Shown piece by piece: positions 32,690 through 43,397 of a DNA stretch of 64,000 nucleotides; position 1 is the stretch's first letter, and each line of letters starts with the position of its first letter. The stretch spans positions 8,466-72,465 of the forward strand of contig CAVSCA010000004.1 in the NCBI GenBank assembly GCA_963726325.1. The letters are read 5' to 3'. The DNA is from an uncultured Actinomycetes bacterium. Its GTDB lineage: Bacteria; Actinomycetota; Coriobacteriia; Anaerosomatales; PHET01. The translations under genes and the position numbers were made by a program. The notes beneath the pieces are model-generated. The model searched no databases and was not told the DNA's origin. It saw nothing but the letters and a program-made list of their open reading frames with translations.

Positions 32690-33620
32690 ATGAGCATCAA
32701 CACCCGCAGGGGGCTGGCCCTGCTGCTGATAGTGGTCGCGATCGGGGCCGGCGTCGCGTCGGGGCTCGGCGTGTTCGCGCGCGGCGACGGATCCACCGAG
32801 CCCGCGACGAGCATTCGTGGCGAGAGCTACGAGTACGTCACGAACGGTGTGTACGCGTACAACGCCGAGCGCGTCGTTGCCGAAGGGGTGGGCTGGGACA
32901 TCTTCACGCTGTTCGTGGTCGTGCCCGGGCTGGCCGTTGCCGCATGGCTTGTTGCGCAGGGGCTCGTTGAAGGGCCGGTTGTTCGCGCTGGGACTGCTCG
33001 CCTACACCTTCTACCAGTACCTGATGTACGCGATGACGTGGGCGCTCGGCCCGCTGTTCCCGCTGTGGATAGCGCTCTACGCGGCGAGTCTGGCCGGCAT
33101 CGTGTGGCTCGTCGCTAACGTGTCAGTGTCCGAGCTGGCGCGCTGCGTGACTCCTCGCTTCCCGGCACGGGGCATGGCGATCTTCAGCGGCCTGATGGGT
33201 CTCGCACTCGTCGGGATGTGGAGCCAGCGCATCGCTGCGGGACTTGCAGGGGACTACGAGACCGCGATGCTCCTGGGCCAGACGACGATGGTCGTCCAGG
33301 CGCTCGATCTCGGTCTGATAGTGCCGCTCTGCGTCTTCACGGCGCTCACTGCGTGGGCGCGTCGGCCGGTGGGCTACCTGCTTGCGTCGGTCGTCGCGGT
33401 CAAGGGCGTCACGATGTCCGGCGCGATTCTGGCGATGCTCGTCTCGGCGTGGGTCGTCGAAGGGCGCGCCGACGTGTTCGGGTTCGCGATGTTCGGCACC
33501 GCGTTCGCCGCGACGGTGTTGCTCGCGTGGAGGACGTACACGAACGTCACCGAGCCGACCCGCCTGGCCGAGGGGCATCCGCGCCGGGCGAGGACGCCGA
33601 CCGAACGGCACCCGCGATGA
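32690..33620 (+). CDS. Hypothetical multi-pass membrane protein (frameshift near 32960)
   Basis: Eight or more hydrophobic segments; GWDIFTL, QALDLG. Confidence 0.75.
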
Positions 33621-33655
33621 CGGGCGTGGCGCCTGCTCGGTGATATGCTCGTCGC

Positions 33656-34045
33656 ATGTCATCAACACTCGGCATAGCCACCGTCCTGATCACGCTCGCG
33701 CTCGTCTTCTACACCATCGGGGTGTGGGCCGAGCGGCTCGCGCGCTACCTCAAGCCGTGGCATCTCGTGTTCTTCTGGCTGGGGCTGGCGTGCGACACCG
33801 GGGGAACGTACGCGATGGAGCTCATCAGCGGGCGGATCACGTGGACGTCGTGGCACACGATCACCGGGATGCTGGCGATCGCGCTGATGGCGATTCACAC
33901 CGTGTGGGCGACCGTGGTGGTCGTGCGCAACGACGATCGCGCGCGGCAGGTCTTCCACCGGTACAGTCTCGCGGTCTGGATCTTCTGGCTCGTCCCGTAC
34001 CTGGGCGGCATGGTCGCGGGCATGATGGGCAGACCACTCTCCTAG
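33656..34045 (+). CDS. HsmA family heme-associated membrane protein; likely leaderless
   Basis: ALVFYTIGVWAE, FWLGLACDTGGT, HTITG...H, FHRYS..VW.FWLVPY; TGnTATGCT 6 nt upstream of ATG. Confidence 0.75.
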   Translation: MSSTLGIATVLITLALVFYTIGVWAERLARYLKPWHLVFFWLGLACDTGGTYAMELISGRITWTSWHTITGMLAIALMAIHTVWATVVVVRNDDRARQVFHRYSLAVWIFWLVPYLGGMVAGMMGRPLS

Positions 34046-34072
34046 GCGCGAGCGACGGAGGGCGTCGATACC

Positions 34073-34297
34073 GTGGAGTTGCAGACACTCGGCAAGCTGC
34101 TCGTGGTCATGTCGCTCGCCTTGGCGATCGTGGGCGGGATGCTGTGGTTCGCGGGGCGCCTGGGACTGGGCGGTATGCCCGGCAGCTTCAAGTTCGAAGG
34201 CGACGGGTGGACGTGCTTCGTGCCTATCGTCGCCTCGATCGTGATCTCGATCCTGCTCACCGTCGTTCTGAATGTCGTGCTGCGCTGGTTCCGCTAG
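34073..34297 (+). CDS. DUF2905 family small membrane protein
   Basis: LGLGGMPG...FVPIVASIVISILLT. Confidence 0.8.
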   Translation: MELQTLGKLLVVMSLALAIVGGMLWFAGRLGLGGMPGSFKFEGDGWTCFVPIVASIVISILLTVVLNVVLRWFR

Positions 34298-34333
34298 CGT
34301 GGGCGCGGTGAGGCCCGGGCTTCAGGAGGTTGC

Positions 34334-35181
34334 ATGCGCTCGTACCGCTACGTGATCGTCGACGTCTTCACCGATAGGCCGCTTGCGGGAAACCAGCTCG
34401 CCGTGTTCAGCAACGCGTCGGGGCTCTCGGCCGATGAGATGCAGGCGCTGGCGCGCGAGATGAACTTCAGCGAGTCGACGTTCGTGCTCCCTCCCGAGCA
34501 GGGCGGCGACCTCCGCATGCGGATCTTCACACCGGTTCGCGAGATGCCTTTCGCGGGTCACCCCACCCTGGGCACGGCGTTCGCGATGGCGGGGCCGCTG
34601 CAAAGCCCGCTGCTGCGCATCGAGACCGAGATGGGGATCGTCCCGGTGATGCTCGAGCGCGAGGGCGCGAAGCTCGTGTTCGGCAGGATGGAGCAGCCGA
34701 TTCCCACGTTCGAGACCTTGGGCCGACGACGAGGCGTTGCTTTCGGCCCTGGGCGTGGAGTCGTCGCGCCTGCCCATCGAGCTCTACGACAACGGCGTGC
34801 GCCACGTCTACGTGATGCTGCCGAGCTTCGCAGACGTCGCCGCCGTGCGCCCCGACTCGCAGGCGCTCGAAGCGGCTGCAGGGGAAGCGGGCGTCAACGT
34901 GTTCGCGGTCGAAGACGGGCGCGTCAAGACACGCATGTTCATGCTGGACGTGGGGATCGCCGAGGACCCCGCGACCGGCTCGGCGGCCGGGCCGCTCGCT
35001 GTGCACCTGGCGCGCTGGGGCGTGATCCCGTGGGGCGAGGAGATCGACGATCTCGCAGGGCGCCGAGATCGGTCGTCCGAGCACGCTGTACGCCCGAGCA
35101 CGCAGCGAGGGTGGCGCGGTGTCGGCGGTCGAGGTGGGTGGCTCGGCGGTCGTGGTGGCGCGAGGCGAGTTCAGGCTGTAG
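34334..35181 (+). CDS. PhzF family isomerase/epimerase (frameshifted)
   Basis: VDVFTDRPLAGNQLAV, EMPFAGHPTLG, EDPATGSAAG. Confidence 0.92.
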
Positions 35182-35209
35182 CCGAGCGAGACGAGGGGGT
35201 GCGGTTCAC

Positions 35210-35422
35210 GTGACGTGCTACATGCGGCACATGTCGTGGCTGTTCGACGCGCTGGGCGTCGAGGACGACAAGCGCAACCGCAAGCGCGCCGATGCTGCGC
35301 TGCGCGAGCACTTCGGGATGGGCGAGGACGCTCACTGCCCGGAGATATGGGCGGCGATCAAGGCGCTTTCTCCCGAGGAGCGCGACGCGCTGGTGCCGGT
35401 CGTGGGCGAGGCGCTCGACTAG
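35210..35422 (+). CDS. Small hypothetical protein (CYxRH...CPExW)
   Basis: 70-aa ORF after GAGGGGG RBS. Confidence 0.6.
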   Translation: MTCYMRHMSWLFDALGVEDDKRNRKRADAALREHFGMGEDAHCPEIWAAIKALSPEERDALVPVVGEALD

Positions 35423-35434
35423 GCCGCCGGCCGG

Positions 35435-36610
35435 CTACTTGATGCCCATCAGCGTGCGCAGGCCGGGCACGCGACGCACCGCCTCGTAGAGCGCGAAGGT
35501 CACGGCGACCGCCACGACAAGAAGCAGCGTCCACTGCGCGACGCCTCCGATGGCGAGCTGCACGATGTAGAACGCGGCGACCACGATCACCGTCTGGTGC
35601 AGGATGTAGAGCGGGTACGAGGCCGGTGCGAGGTAGGCGAGCGCCGCCGACGTGCGGTCGAGGTAGCGCTTGCCCACGCCGAGCAGCCCCACCATCACGA
35701 GCCAGCGGCCGAGGTTGCCCGTGAGCGAGATCAGGGCGATCGGCACCCCCGGGTCGGGGAGCGAGTCCCTCAGCGGCCCCGTGGCCATCCAGGCGATCTC
35801 GATGCCGAAGCCCAGCGCGAGCGCGAGCCATCGGTACTTCTCGGCGGAGGTGATGAACGCCGAGTCGAACATGATGCAGTAGCCCAGCACGAAGAAGGCG
35901 GCGTAGTAGAAGGGGTTCTTGCCCACGGGGTCGGGCAGGGCCTCGCCCACGAAGATGATGAAGCCGGCGAGCAGCCACCACGCCGGGCGGGCGAGGCGGC
36001 GGGCGAAGCGCTCCAGAGCTGCGCGCCCCTTGTCGGAGCGGCCCCACAGCAGCAGCGGCAGGGCGACAAGCGAGATCACGAACAGCCACAGAACGAACCA
36101 CATGTGGCCCATGCCGAAGCCGCCGTAGTAGTCGCCGCCGTCCCGGATGTTGAAGACGAGCCAGTCGCCGCTCGTGAGGTAGTACCAGTACGACTGGTCG
36201 TAGCCGGCGTTGAACCGCGCGCCGTACCAGGTCTGCGGCGGGATGAGCACGAGCCAGCCGAACAGGAACGGCACGAGCAGACGCTTCACGCGCTCGACCA
36301 CGTACTGGCCGCCGGTGCGCTTGCGCAGCGCGAAGTAGCTCGACGCGCCTGCGAGCAAGAAGAGCAGCGGCATGTGCCAGTAGTCGATGAAGCCGAGCAC
36401 GTAGTTCAGTGCCATCGAGAGGTGCTCGCTCTTCACGTAGAACGGGTCGCCGTAGTTGAAGACGCGCGACACGTGAAACGGGAAGAGCAGCAGCACTGCG
36501 AGCACGCGCAGCCAGTCGATGTAGTGGATTCGCGCCGAGACGGGCTTCTCGCTGACCGGCGGCTCGGTCTCACTGTGCGATCCCGCGTCGTGCGGCTCGT
36601 CTGTGCGCAT
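35435..36610 (-). CDS. Acyltransferase family 3 protein (OpgC-like)
   Basis: RIHYIDWLR, MPLLFLLAG, RVKRLLVP, HMWFV, SYPLYILHQ. Confidence 0.9.
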   Translation of the reverse strand: MRTDEPHDAGSHSETEPPVSEKPVSARIHYIDWLRVLAVLLLFPFHVSRVFNYGDPFYVKSEHLSMALNYVLGFIDYWHMPLLFLLAGASSYFALRKRTGGQYVVERVKRLLVPFLFGWLVLIPPQTWYGARFNAGYDQSYWYYLTSGDWLVFNIRDGGDYYGGFGMGHMWFVLWLFVISLVALPLLLWGRSDKGRAALERFARRLARPAWWLLAGFIIFVGEALPDPVGKNPFYYAAFFVLGYCIMFDSAFITSAEKYRWLALALGFGIEIAWMATGPLRDSLPDPGVPIALISLTGNLGRWLVMVGLLGVGKRYLDRTSAALAYLAPASYPLYILHQTVIVVAAFYIVQLAIGGVAQWTLLLVVAVAVTFALYEAVRRVPGLRTLMGIK

Positions 36611-36836
36611 GCGTGCCCCCACGGCCTCCCCCGACGTCGGCCCCACATTCGTCTGTTCCCAATGCGCGAGCACCTCTTGCGTGCCGCGAGTGGCGTTCGG
36701 GCGGTCGTGGGTCTTGCGAGAGGCAGCGGGCATGCGTGACGACGGTCACAGCCGAATGGTTGTGGGCGCTTCTCGGCCGCCGATTATCGGGGCAGACTCC
36801 CTCTACACCAAAACACACTCGCGAGAGGAGCAGTCC

Positions 36837-37340
36837 ATGTCCACGTACACCGCCGCCTACTGCTCCGCGTGTGGCGCGTACGTTCTCCTGTCCGCCCAGG
36901 GCGACTGCGTATTCGGCCACCCGCGCTCCAGCTTGCGCGGGATCTACCAGGCCGAGATCGACAAGAGGACGGGCTATCCGAAGCCGCCCTCCACCGAGCA
37001 ACGTGCCGCCTCGCTCCGGCACTCCACGGCCCCGGTCGCGCCTATCGCGCTGCCGGTCGACATCGCGCCGGGGCCGGCCATCTCACTCGACCGACAGTTC
37101 GACGCGGACTGGCCCGTGAAGGTCGAGCGCTTGTCCGCCCCACCGGTCCAGGCGGAGCCGGTGCCGGGCACGGTGCCCCTCGATCCAGTCATCAGGGCGA
37201 TGGGCTCGCGCATGCCCAAGGCGCTCGTGCTCTCGGACATGCACGGCGTCATCGGGCGGCTGTTCGGTCCGCCGCGCGGGCGACACTCCGCGGGCGTGGC
37301 CGCTATCGGGCCGCCGAAAGGCAAGCACTCGGCCAAGTAG
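36837..37340 (+). CDS. Hypothetical protein with N-terminal CxxC...CxxxH zinc-ribbon-like motif
   Basis: YCSACG...CVFGHP; GAGGAG RBS. Confidence 0.6.
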   Translation: MSTYTAAYCSACGAYVLLSAQGDCVFGHPRSSLRGIYQAEIDKRTGYPKPPSTEQRAASLRHSTAPVAPIALPVDIAPGPAISLDRQFDADWPVKVERLSAPPVQAEPVPGTVPLDPVIRAMGSRMPKALVLSDMHGVIGRLFGPPRGRHSAGVAAIGPPKGKHSAK

Positions 37341-37468
37341 GAAGCCGCCGCCAAGGTCAACGAGAACTCAACGGCGCCTTCATCACTGGTAGCAGTTTTG
37401 CTGCTACGTTTGCAGTCCAGCAAGTCCGGCGTCCGGCAACGCTCGGAGGTAGATCGATCGTGGTTCAC

Positions 37469-39495
37469 ATGCGCCGAACAGTGCGCCTTCTTCTCGTCGC
37501 GGCTCTCGCGACCGCCCTGGCGACCCCCGCCAGTGCGGGAGCCGTCACCTACCACAACGTTGCGGCCGTGAGCTTCGGTGGCTCGACCGGGTACATCGCC
37601 GGCGGCTACTCGCCGACCGGCGTCGGCCACGGCTTCGTCTCTCGCACCACCGACGGTGGTGCGACGTGGCATGCAACATCGATGCTGAATCAGGGACCCC
37701 TTGTCGGCGTGAAGGCCTCGAGTGACGGAGCGCGCGCCACGATCGTGAGGGGCATCGGCTTCGACTGGATGGGGCAGACCGTCGACGGCGGGCTCACGTG
37801 GTTGTTCCCCCTCGACCCGGTGCCGACGTACTCAGTTGAGCTGAACGACGCCGTCTACGCTGCTGGTGGCCGGCGCATCGTCGTTGGCGAGCGGGGCAAC
37901 TACGCGCTCATCGCTTCGTCGGCGGGCGATGGCAGCCGTGCTCGAGGACTGGTACGGGCCGGTGTACCCGCCGAGCGGAGACGACGAGCCGCCGCCAACG
38001 GACGCGTGGTTCACCGCGGTTGACGCCTCGCCTGACGGGAACACCGTGTGGGCGGTCGGGAACGATCGGACACTCGACACATGGGATCCGCTCCTGCGGG
38101 TCTCGTCGAACGGCGGCTCCTCGTGGACGACGCCGACGATTCCGCCACTCGATGCCGAGGTCACCGACGTCGTCGCGTCTCAGCGCTACAAACGCCTACG
38201 TCGCGCAGCACAACAGCTACTTCTCACGCACATTCGACGGCGGCGCCACCGCTTGGTTCCGCGACTACATCGGCAGCATCGCCGTCAACGCAATCGACGC
38301 CTTCGACGCCAACAAGGTGGTCGTCGTGGGCGACGCCGGCAAGGTCTACTACAGCACTAACGCCGCTGGAGCCACTCCGACATGGTCCGCGAAGACCACC
38401 GGCACCACCAACAATCTCAACGGCGTGCAGATGCTCGACGCCGACAGCTGGATCGTCGTCGGCGACAACGAGACGATCCTGCGCACCGACAACGCCGGCG
38501 CGACGTGGACCGGCTCGAGGGCGCTCGGCGAGTCCCGACCGTCGACAATCACCTCGCCCGCGCCGGGCTTCGCAGTGGGCTCGACCACGATCAGCATCTC
38601 GGGCACCGCCTCCGACGCGGGTGTCGGCGTGGAGCGGGTCCAGGTCTCGCTCCAGAGAGGGGCCGGCGAGTTCTGGGATGGCTCGAACTGGACCGCGACT
38701 GAGACCTGGCACGACGCGACGACCACCGATGGCTGGAAGACCTGGTCGGCCACGCCGCCCTCGATCGACACCGCCGCAGGGTGGGCTCGTCGTCATGGGC
38801 GCGCTCGCGTGACGGACTGGGGCAATACAGCACGAGCAAGTCGGTGGCGTCAGGCGGCTACACGCAGGCCGCAACCACCGTCGCTCTTGCCAAGACATCC
38901 ATATCAGGCGTTGGCTATGGCGCCAAGACGACGGTCTCGGGCACGCTGAAGTCCGGCAGCCACGGGCGTGCCGACACCGAAGACGGTGCAGCTCAAGAAG
39001 GGCAGCACCGTGGTCGCATCCACGACGACCGGACGGCGGCGGGCCGTTCAGCTTCTACTTCGTGCCTGCGAACGTGGCGACCACCTACACTGTGGCCTTC
39101 CCGGGCGACGACGCCTACGGCTCCTCCTCGGCGAACGTGAAGATCACGCCGAAGGCGAAGCTATCGGCCGTCCGGTGGCGCCCACCGCCAAGCGCGCATA
39201 CCGCTGCGTTCACCACGTACGCATACCTCTCGCCGCAAGCACTCCTCGGGCGCGGGCGGCTCGAGGTTCTACTTCTACAGGTACAAGAAGCTCTCGAGCG
39301 GCAAGTACGGCTACGCTGCTACAAGAAGAGCGCGGGCGCAGTCGACCGTCAACTCGACTCAGCTACCCCACCAAGAGCAAGGTCGAAGCGCTGCGGGTGA
39401 AGCTCCCTGCCGGCAAGTGGCGCGTGAAGGTCAAGCACGCCGACTCCGGCCACGCCACGACGGAATCCTCGTACGACTACTTCAGGGTGCGATAG
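37469..39495 (+). CDS. Secreted YCF48/BNR-repeat beta-propeller protein with Ig-like C-terminal domains (several frameshifts)
   Basis: Signal peptide; repeated TxDGGxTW/SSNGGSSW/TDNAGATW Asp-boxes; ISGTASD..GVERVQV. Confidence 0.75.
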
Positions 39496-39587
39496 CGCCA
39501 GAATCGAAGCTCCCGTCGCCCCGCGCAATCGTCACCTGCGCGAATGGGGTACGCTTGTAGTACGCCGCGATGGGAGCGCGGCCAACA

Positions 39588-39685
39588 TCTCCGAGTCCGA
39601 CCGTCCTAACGGCAAGACGCCCATGGATATCGGACCGACAGGGTGAGGCATGGAAACGGCCTCGCCTCCCTCATTGGAAAGGAGA
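39588..39685 (+). ncRNA. Moco RNA motif riboswitch (P3-less, Tuco-type) upstream of tupA
   Basis: TCTCCGAG...CCTAA...ATGG...AGGGT...GGAAAC...GCCTCCC...TTGGAAAGGAGA; P1 sequesters the RBS. Confidence 0.85.
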
Positions 39686-39692
39686 GATAGGC

Positions 39693-40603
39693 ATGCACCA
39701 CTTCACTGTCGCGCCTCGGCTGAGGCGCACGGCGGCACTGGCACTTGCCGTCGTACTGGCCTTCTCGCTCGCAGGATGTGCGCAGCCTGCCGAGGAGCCC
39801 CCTGCCGAAGCCCCTGCCACATCCGACGTCGTCCTGGCGTCGACCACCTCCACTCAGGACTCCGGGCTGTTCGACGTGCTGATCCCGGCCTTCGAGAAGG
39901 CGAATCCCGAGTACAAGGTCAAGGTCATCGCCGTGGGCACCGGCGAAGCGCTCAAGCTCGGCGAGACCAAGGATGCCGACGTCCTGCTCGTCCACGCCAA
40001 GGCCGACGAAGAGAAGTTCGTCGCGAACGGCTACGGCAAGGAGCGCAAGGACGTCATGTACAACGACTTCATGATCGTCGGTCCCGGCGGCCGATCCTGC
40101 GGGCGTGAAGTCCTCGGCCGACACCACCGCCGCGATGCTCGCGATCGAGAAGGCCGGCGACGCCGGCAAGACGGTCTTCGTGTCTCGCGGCGACGACTCA
40201 GGCACCAACAAGAAGGAGCTCAAGCTCTGGGCGCAGGCGGGCGTCGAGCCCACTCCCACTCCCGAGGCCGACAAGTGGTATCTGTCCACGGGCCAGGGCA
40301 TGGGCGAGACCCTCAAGATCGCGTCCGAGAAGGCCGGGTACACGCTGACCGACCGCGCGACGTTCCTGTCCATGAAGGACTCGCTCGACCTTGAGATCCT
40401 CATGGGCGCGCCCACGGTCAAGGAGAACACGCAGAAGGCCCTGCTCGAACCAGTACGGCACCATAGTCGTGACCGACGCCAAGAACGAGGCGGGCGGCCA
40501 GGCGTTCTTCGACTGGATCCTCACGCCGGAGGCGCAGGCGGTCATCGGCGAGTTCGGGGTCGAGGAGTTCGGCCAGCAGCTGTTCGTGCCAAACGCTCAG
40601 TAG
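39693..40603 (+). CDS. tupA: Tungstate ABC transporter substrate-binding lipoprotein (frameshifted)
   Basis: Lipobox LAGC; STTSTQDSGL, VGTGEAL, LLVHA, MYNDF, SRGDDSGT, GQGMG. Confidence 0.92.
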
Positions 40604-40624
40604 GTAGCAGGCCCAGCCGTCGAC

Positions 40625-41338
40625 ATGAGCATCTACAGTGAAGCTCTACGCGACGGCTGGGCACTGCTCGCCTCGGGCACGCTCGACGTGTGGACGATCA
40701 TCGTCACGTCGCTGCGTGTTTCGGGAACCGCGGTCACCATCGCGCTCGCATTCGGCCTTCCGCTGGGGATGCTGCTGGGCGCGAAGCGGTTCATCGGCCG
40801 GACGGTCGCGCTCGTCGTGTTCAACGCGGGGATGGGGCTCCCACCCGTCTTCGTCGGACTGATCGTCGCGATGACACTGTCCCGCCGAGGGCCCCTCGGC
40901 GATCTGTCGCTGCTGTACTCCAGGACCGCGATGGTGATCGCGCAGGTCATCATCGCCGTGCCGGTGATCGTGGCCGTGAGTGCCGCGGCGATCTCGGCGG
41001 TCCCGCGCGAGTTGCGGTTGCAGGCAGTCTCGCTGGGCGCGCCGCCCTGGCGCGTGGGCACGCTCACGCTCGCCGAGGCGCGCGTGGGGCTGATCGCCGC
41101 GATCGCTGCCGGGTTCGGCGCCATCATCTCCGAGGTCGGTGCGGTCCAGATGGTGGGCGGCAACCTCGCGGGGGACACGCGCGTCATGACCACCGCCATC
41201 GTCGAGTTCACGCGCAAGGGGCAGTACGGCCCGGCGCTCGCGCTCGCGCTGGTGCTCATGGCGATCGTCGTCTTCGTCAACGTGATCCTGGCCGGGATGC
41301 AGACCTCGGCCGATCGCTACGAGGCGGAGGCCCGATGA
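40625..41338 (+). CDS. tupB: Tungstate ABC transporter permease
   Basis: GMGLPPVFVGL, LSRRGPLG, ISEVGAV..VGGN...TRVMTTAI. Confidence 0.92.
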   Translation: MSIYSEALRDGWALLASGTLDVWTIIVTSLRVSGTAVTIALAFGLPLGMLLGAKRFIGRTVALVVFNAGMGLPPVFVGLIVAMTLSRRGPLGDLSLLYSRTAMVIAQVIIAVPVIVAVSAAAISAVPRELRLQAVSLGAPPWRVGTLTLAEARVGLIAAIAAGFGAIISEVGAVQMVGGNLAGDTRVMTTAIVEFTRKGQYGPALALALVLMAIVVFVNVILAGMQTSADRYEAEAR

Positions 41339-42469
41339 GCGGCGCGCTGTCGCTTGCGGCTACCGGGCTGCGCAAGAGATACAAGAAGGGTCGCTTCGAG
41401 CTACGCGTCGACAGCATCGAGGCGCCTGCTGGATGCACGCTCGCGCTTCTGGGCCCGAGCGGATCCGGCAAGACGACGCTCCTGCACCTTCTCGGCCTGC
41501 TCGAGAAGCCGGACGCCGGCGAAGTGAAGCTGGGGGAGCGGGTCGTGCATGCGGGCGACCGAGAGGCGCGACTTGCGATCGCGGCGGTGTTCCAGCGGCC
41601 GTACCTGTTCAAGGGAACGGTCGCGGGAAACGTCGCATACGGACTTGCGATGCGCGGCGTGCCGAAGTCCGATCGCGGGCCGCTGGTCGAGGATGCACTA
41701 CGGCGCGTGGGGCTCGAGGGCTACGCCGGACGAGGAGCTCACCAGCTCTCCGGCGGCGAGGCCCAGCGGGTCTCGCTCGCTCGCGCGCTCGTGCTCGAGC
41801 CCAAGGTGCTGCTGCTCGACGAGCCGCTCGCCTCTCTCGACGCGCTGCTGAAGCGCCGGCTCGCCGAGGAGTTCGCGCGCATCGTGCGCGACACCGACGC
41901 CACCGTCGTCTGGGTCACGCACGACCAGGACGAGGCGCTGATGGTGGCAGACCGGGTCGCCATCGTGAACGAGGGGCGGGTCGTCGCGTGCGGCGACGCC
42001 GACTCGGTGATGGGGCTGCCCGCCGACGAGTGGACCGCCGCATTCCTCGGCGTCGAGGAAGCGCAGACCGGTCGCGTGACAGCTGCGAAGGATGGGCTCG
42101 TCGAGATCGTCTGCGGCGACGCACGCGTGGTGGTCGCTGGCGACGCGCCGGTGGGTGCCACGGTGCAGTTCTCGGTGCGGCCCGAAGACGTGCTGCTCTT
42201 CGAGGCGGGCGCGCACCTGCCGCCCACCACGGCGCGCAACCAGCTGCCCGTCACGGTCGACGTCGCTGTCCGGTCGCGGCTCGGCGAACCACGCCGTGCT
42301 CGAAGCCGGGGGCATGACCCTTGCAGCGTCGGTATCTCGCGCGGCCACGGCGGACCTGAGCCTCGCGCCCGGGACGGTGGCGCTGGCGGTGTTCAAGGCC
42401 ACAGCGGTACGCTGGCGTCTTCTCGGCACTGAAGACGGCACGATCACAGAGAGGGCAGGCGGCGAGTGA
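41335..42469 (+). CDS. tupC: Tungstate/molybdate ABC ATPase with C-terminal TOBE domains
   Basis: GPSGSGKTT, LSGGEAQR, LLLDEP, TARNQL...FKATAV. Confidence 0.88.
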
Positions 42470-43397
42470 GCGAGACCACCGACAAGCTTCCCATCACCGC
42501 GGCCGTCCTGGCCGGCGGGCGCAGCCTGCGCATGGGCGTCGACAAGACGCTGCTCGACGTCGACGGCCGCCCGCTGGTCGCGCGCGTGGTCGGAGCGGTG
42601 GGCGAAGTCTGCGAGCAGACGCTGGTCGTCACGAACCGCCCCGAGGCGCTCGCCGACGCCGGTCTGCCGGGTGAGGTGCGTGTCGTGCAGGACGAGGTCG
42701 CTTACCAGGGTCCTCTCGGCGGCCTGGAGCGTGCGCGCGAGCGAGTGGATGCTCGCGGTGGCGGCCGATATGCCGCACGAGAGTGTGGCGGCCGAAGACG
42801 TGCTGCTCTTCGAGGCGGGCGCGCACCTGCCGCCCACACGGCGCGCAACCAACTGCCCGTCACGGTCGCGTCGCTCACCGGTCGCGGCTCGGCCAACCAC
42901 GCCGTGCTCGACGCCGGGGGAATGACCCTTGCAGCGTCGGTATCTCGCGCGGCCACAGCGGACCTGAGTCTTGCGCCTGGGACAGTGGCACTGGCGGTGT
43001 TCAAGGCCACAGCGGTACGCTGGCGTCTTCTCGGCGCTGAGGACGGCACGACCACAGAGAGGGCAGGCGGCGAGTGAGCGAGACCCCCGACAAGCTCCCC
43101 ATCACCGCGGCCGTCTTGGCCGGCGGGCGCAGCCTGCGCATGGGCGTGGACAAGACGCTGCTCGACGTCGACGGCCGCCCGCTCGTCGCGCGCGTGGTCG
43201 GAGCGGTGAGCGAAGTGTGCGAGGAGACGCTCGTCGTCACGAACCGCCCCGAGGCCCTCGCCGACGCTGGTCTGCCGAGCGAGGTGCGTGTCGTCCAGGA
43301 CGAGGTCGCCTACCAGGGTCCCCTCGGCGGCCTGACCACGGCGCTCGCCGCTGCGAACTGCGAGTGGATGCTCGCGGTCGCGGCCGACATGCCGCAT
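42182..43397. repeat. Tandem direct duplication of ~0.6 kb (42182-42778 vs 42792-43397): tupC 3' end plus mobA 5' end
   Basis: Near-identical copies with scattered substitutions. Confidence 0.9.
42466..43077 (+). pseudogene. Chimeric mobA-fragment/TOBE-fragment ORF created by the duplication
   Basis: N-half matches the 43074 gene start; C-half matches the tupC end. Confidence 0.7.
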
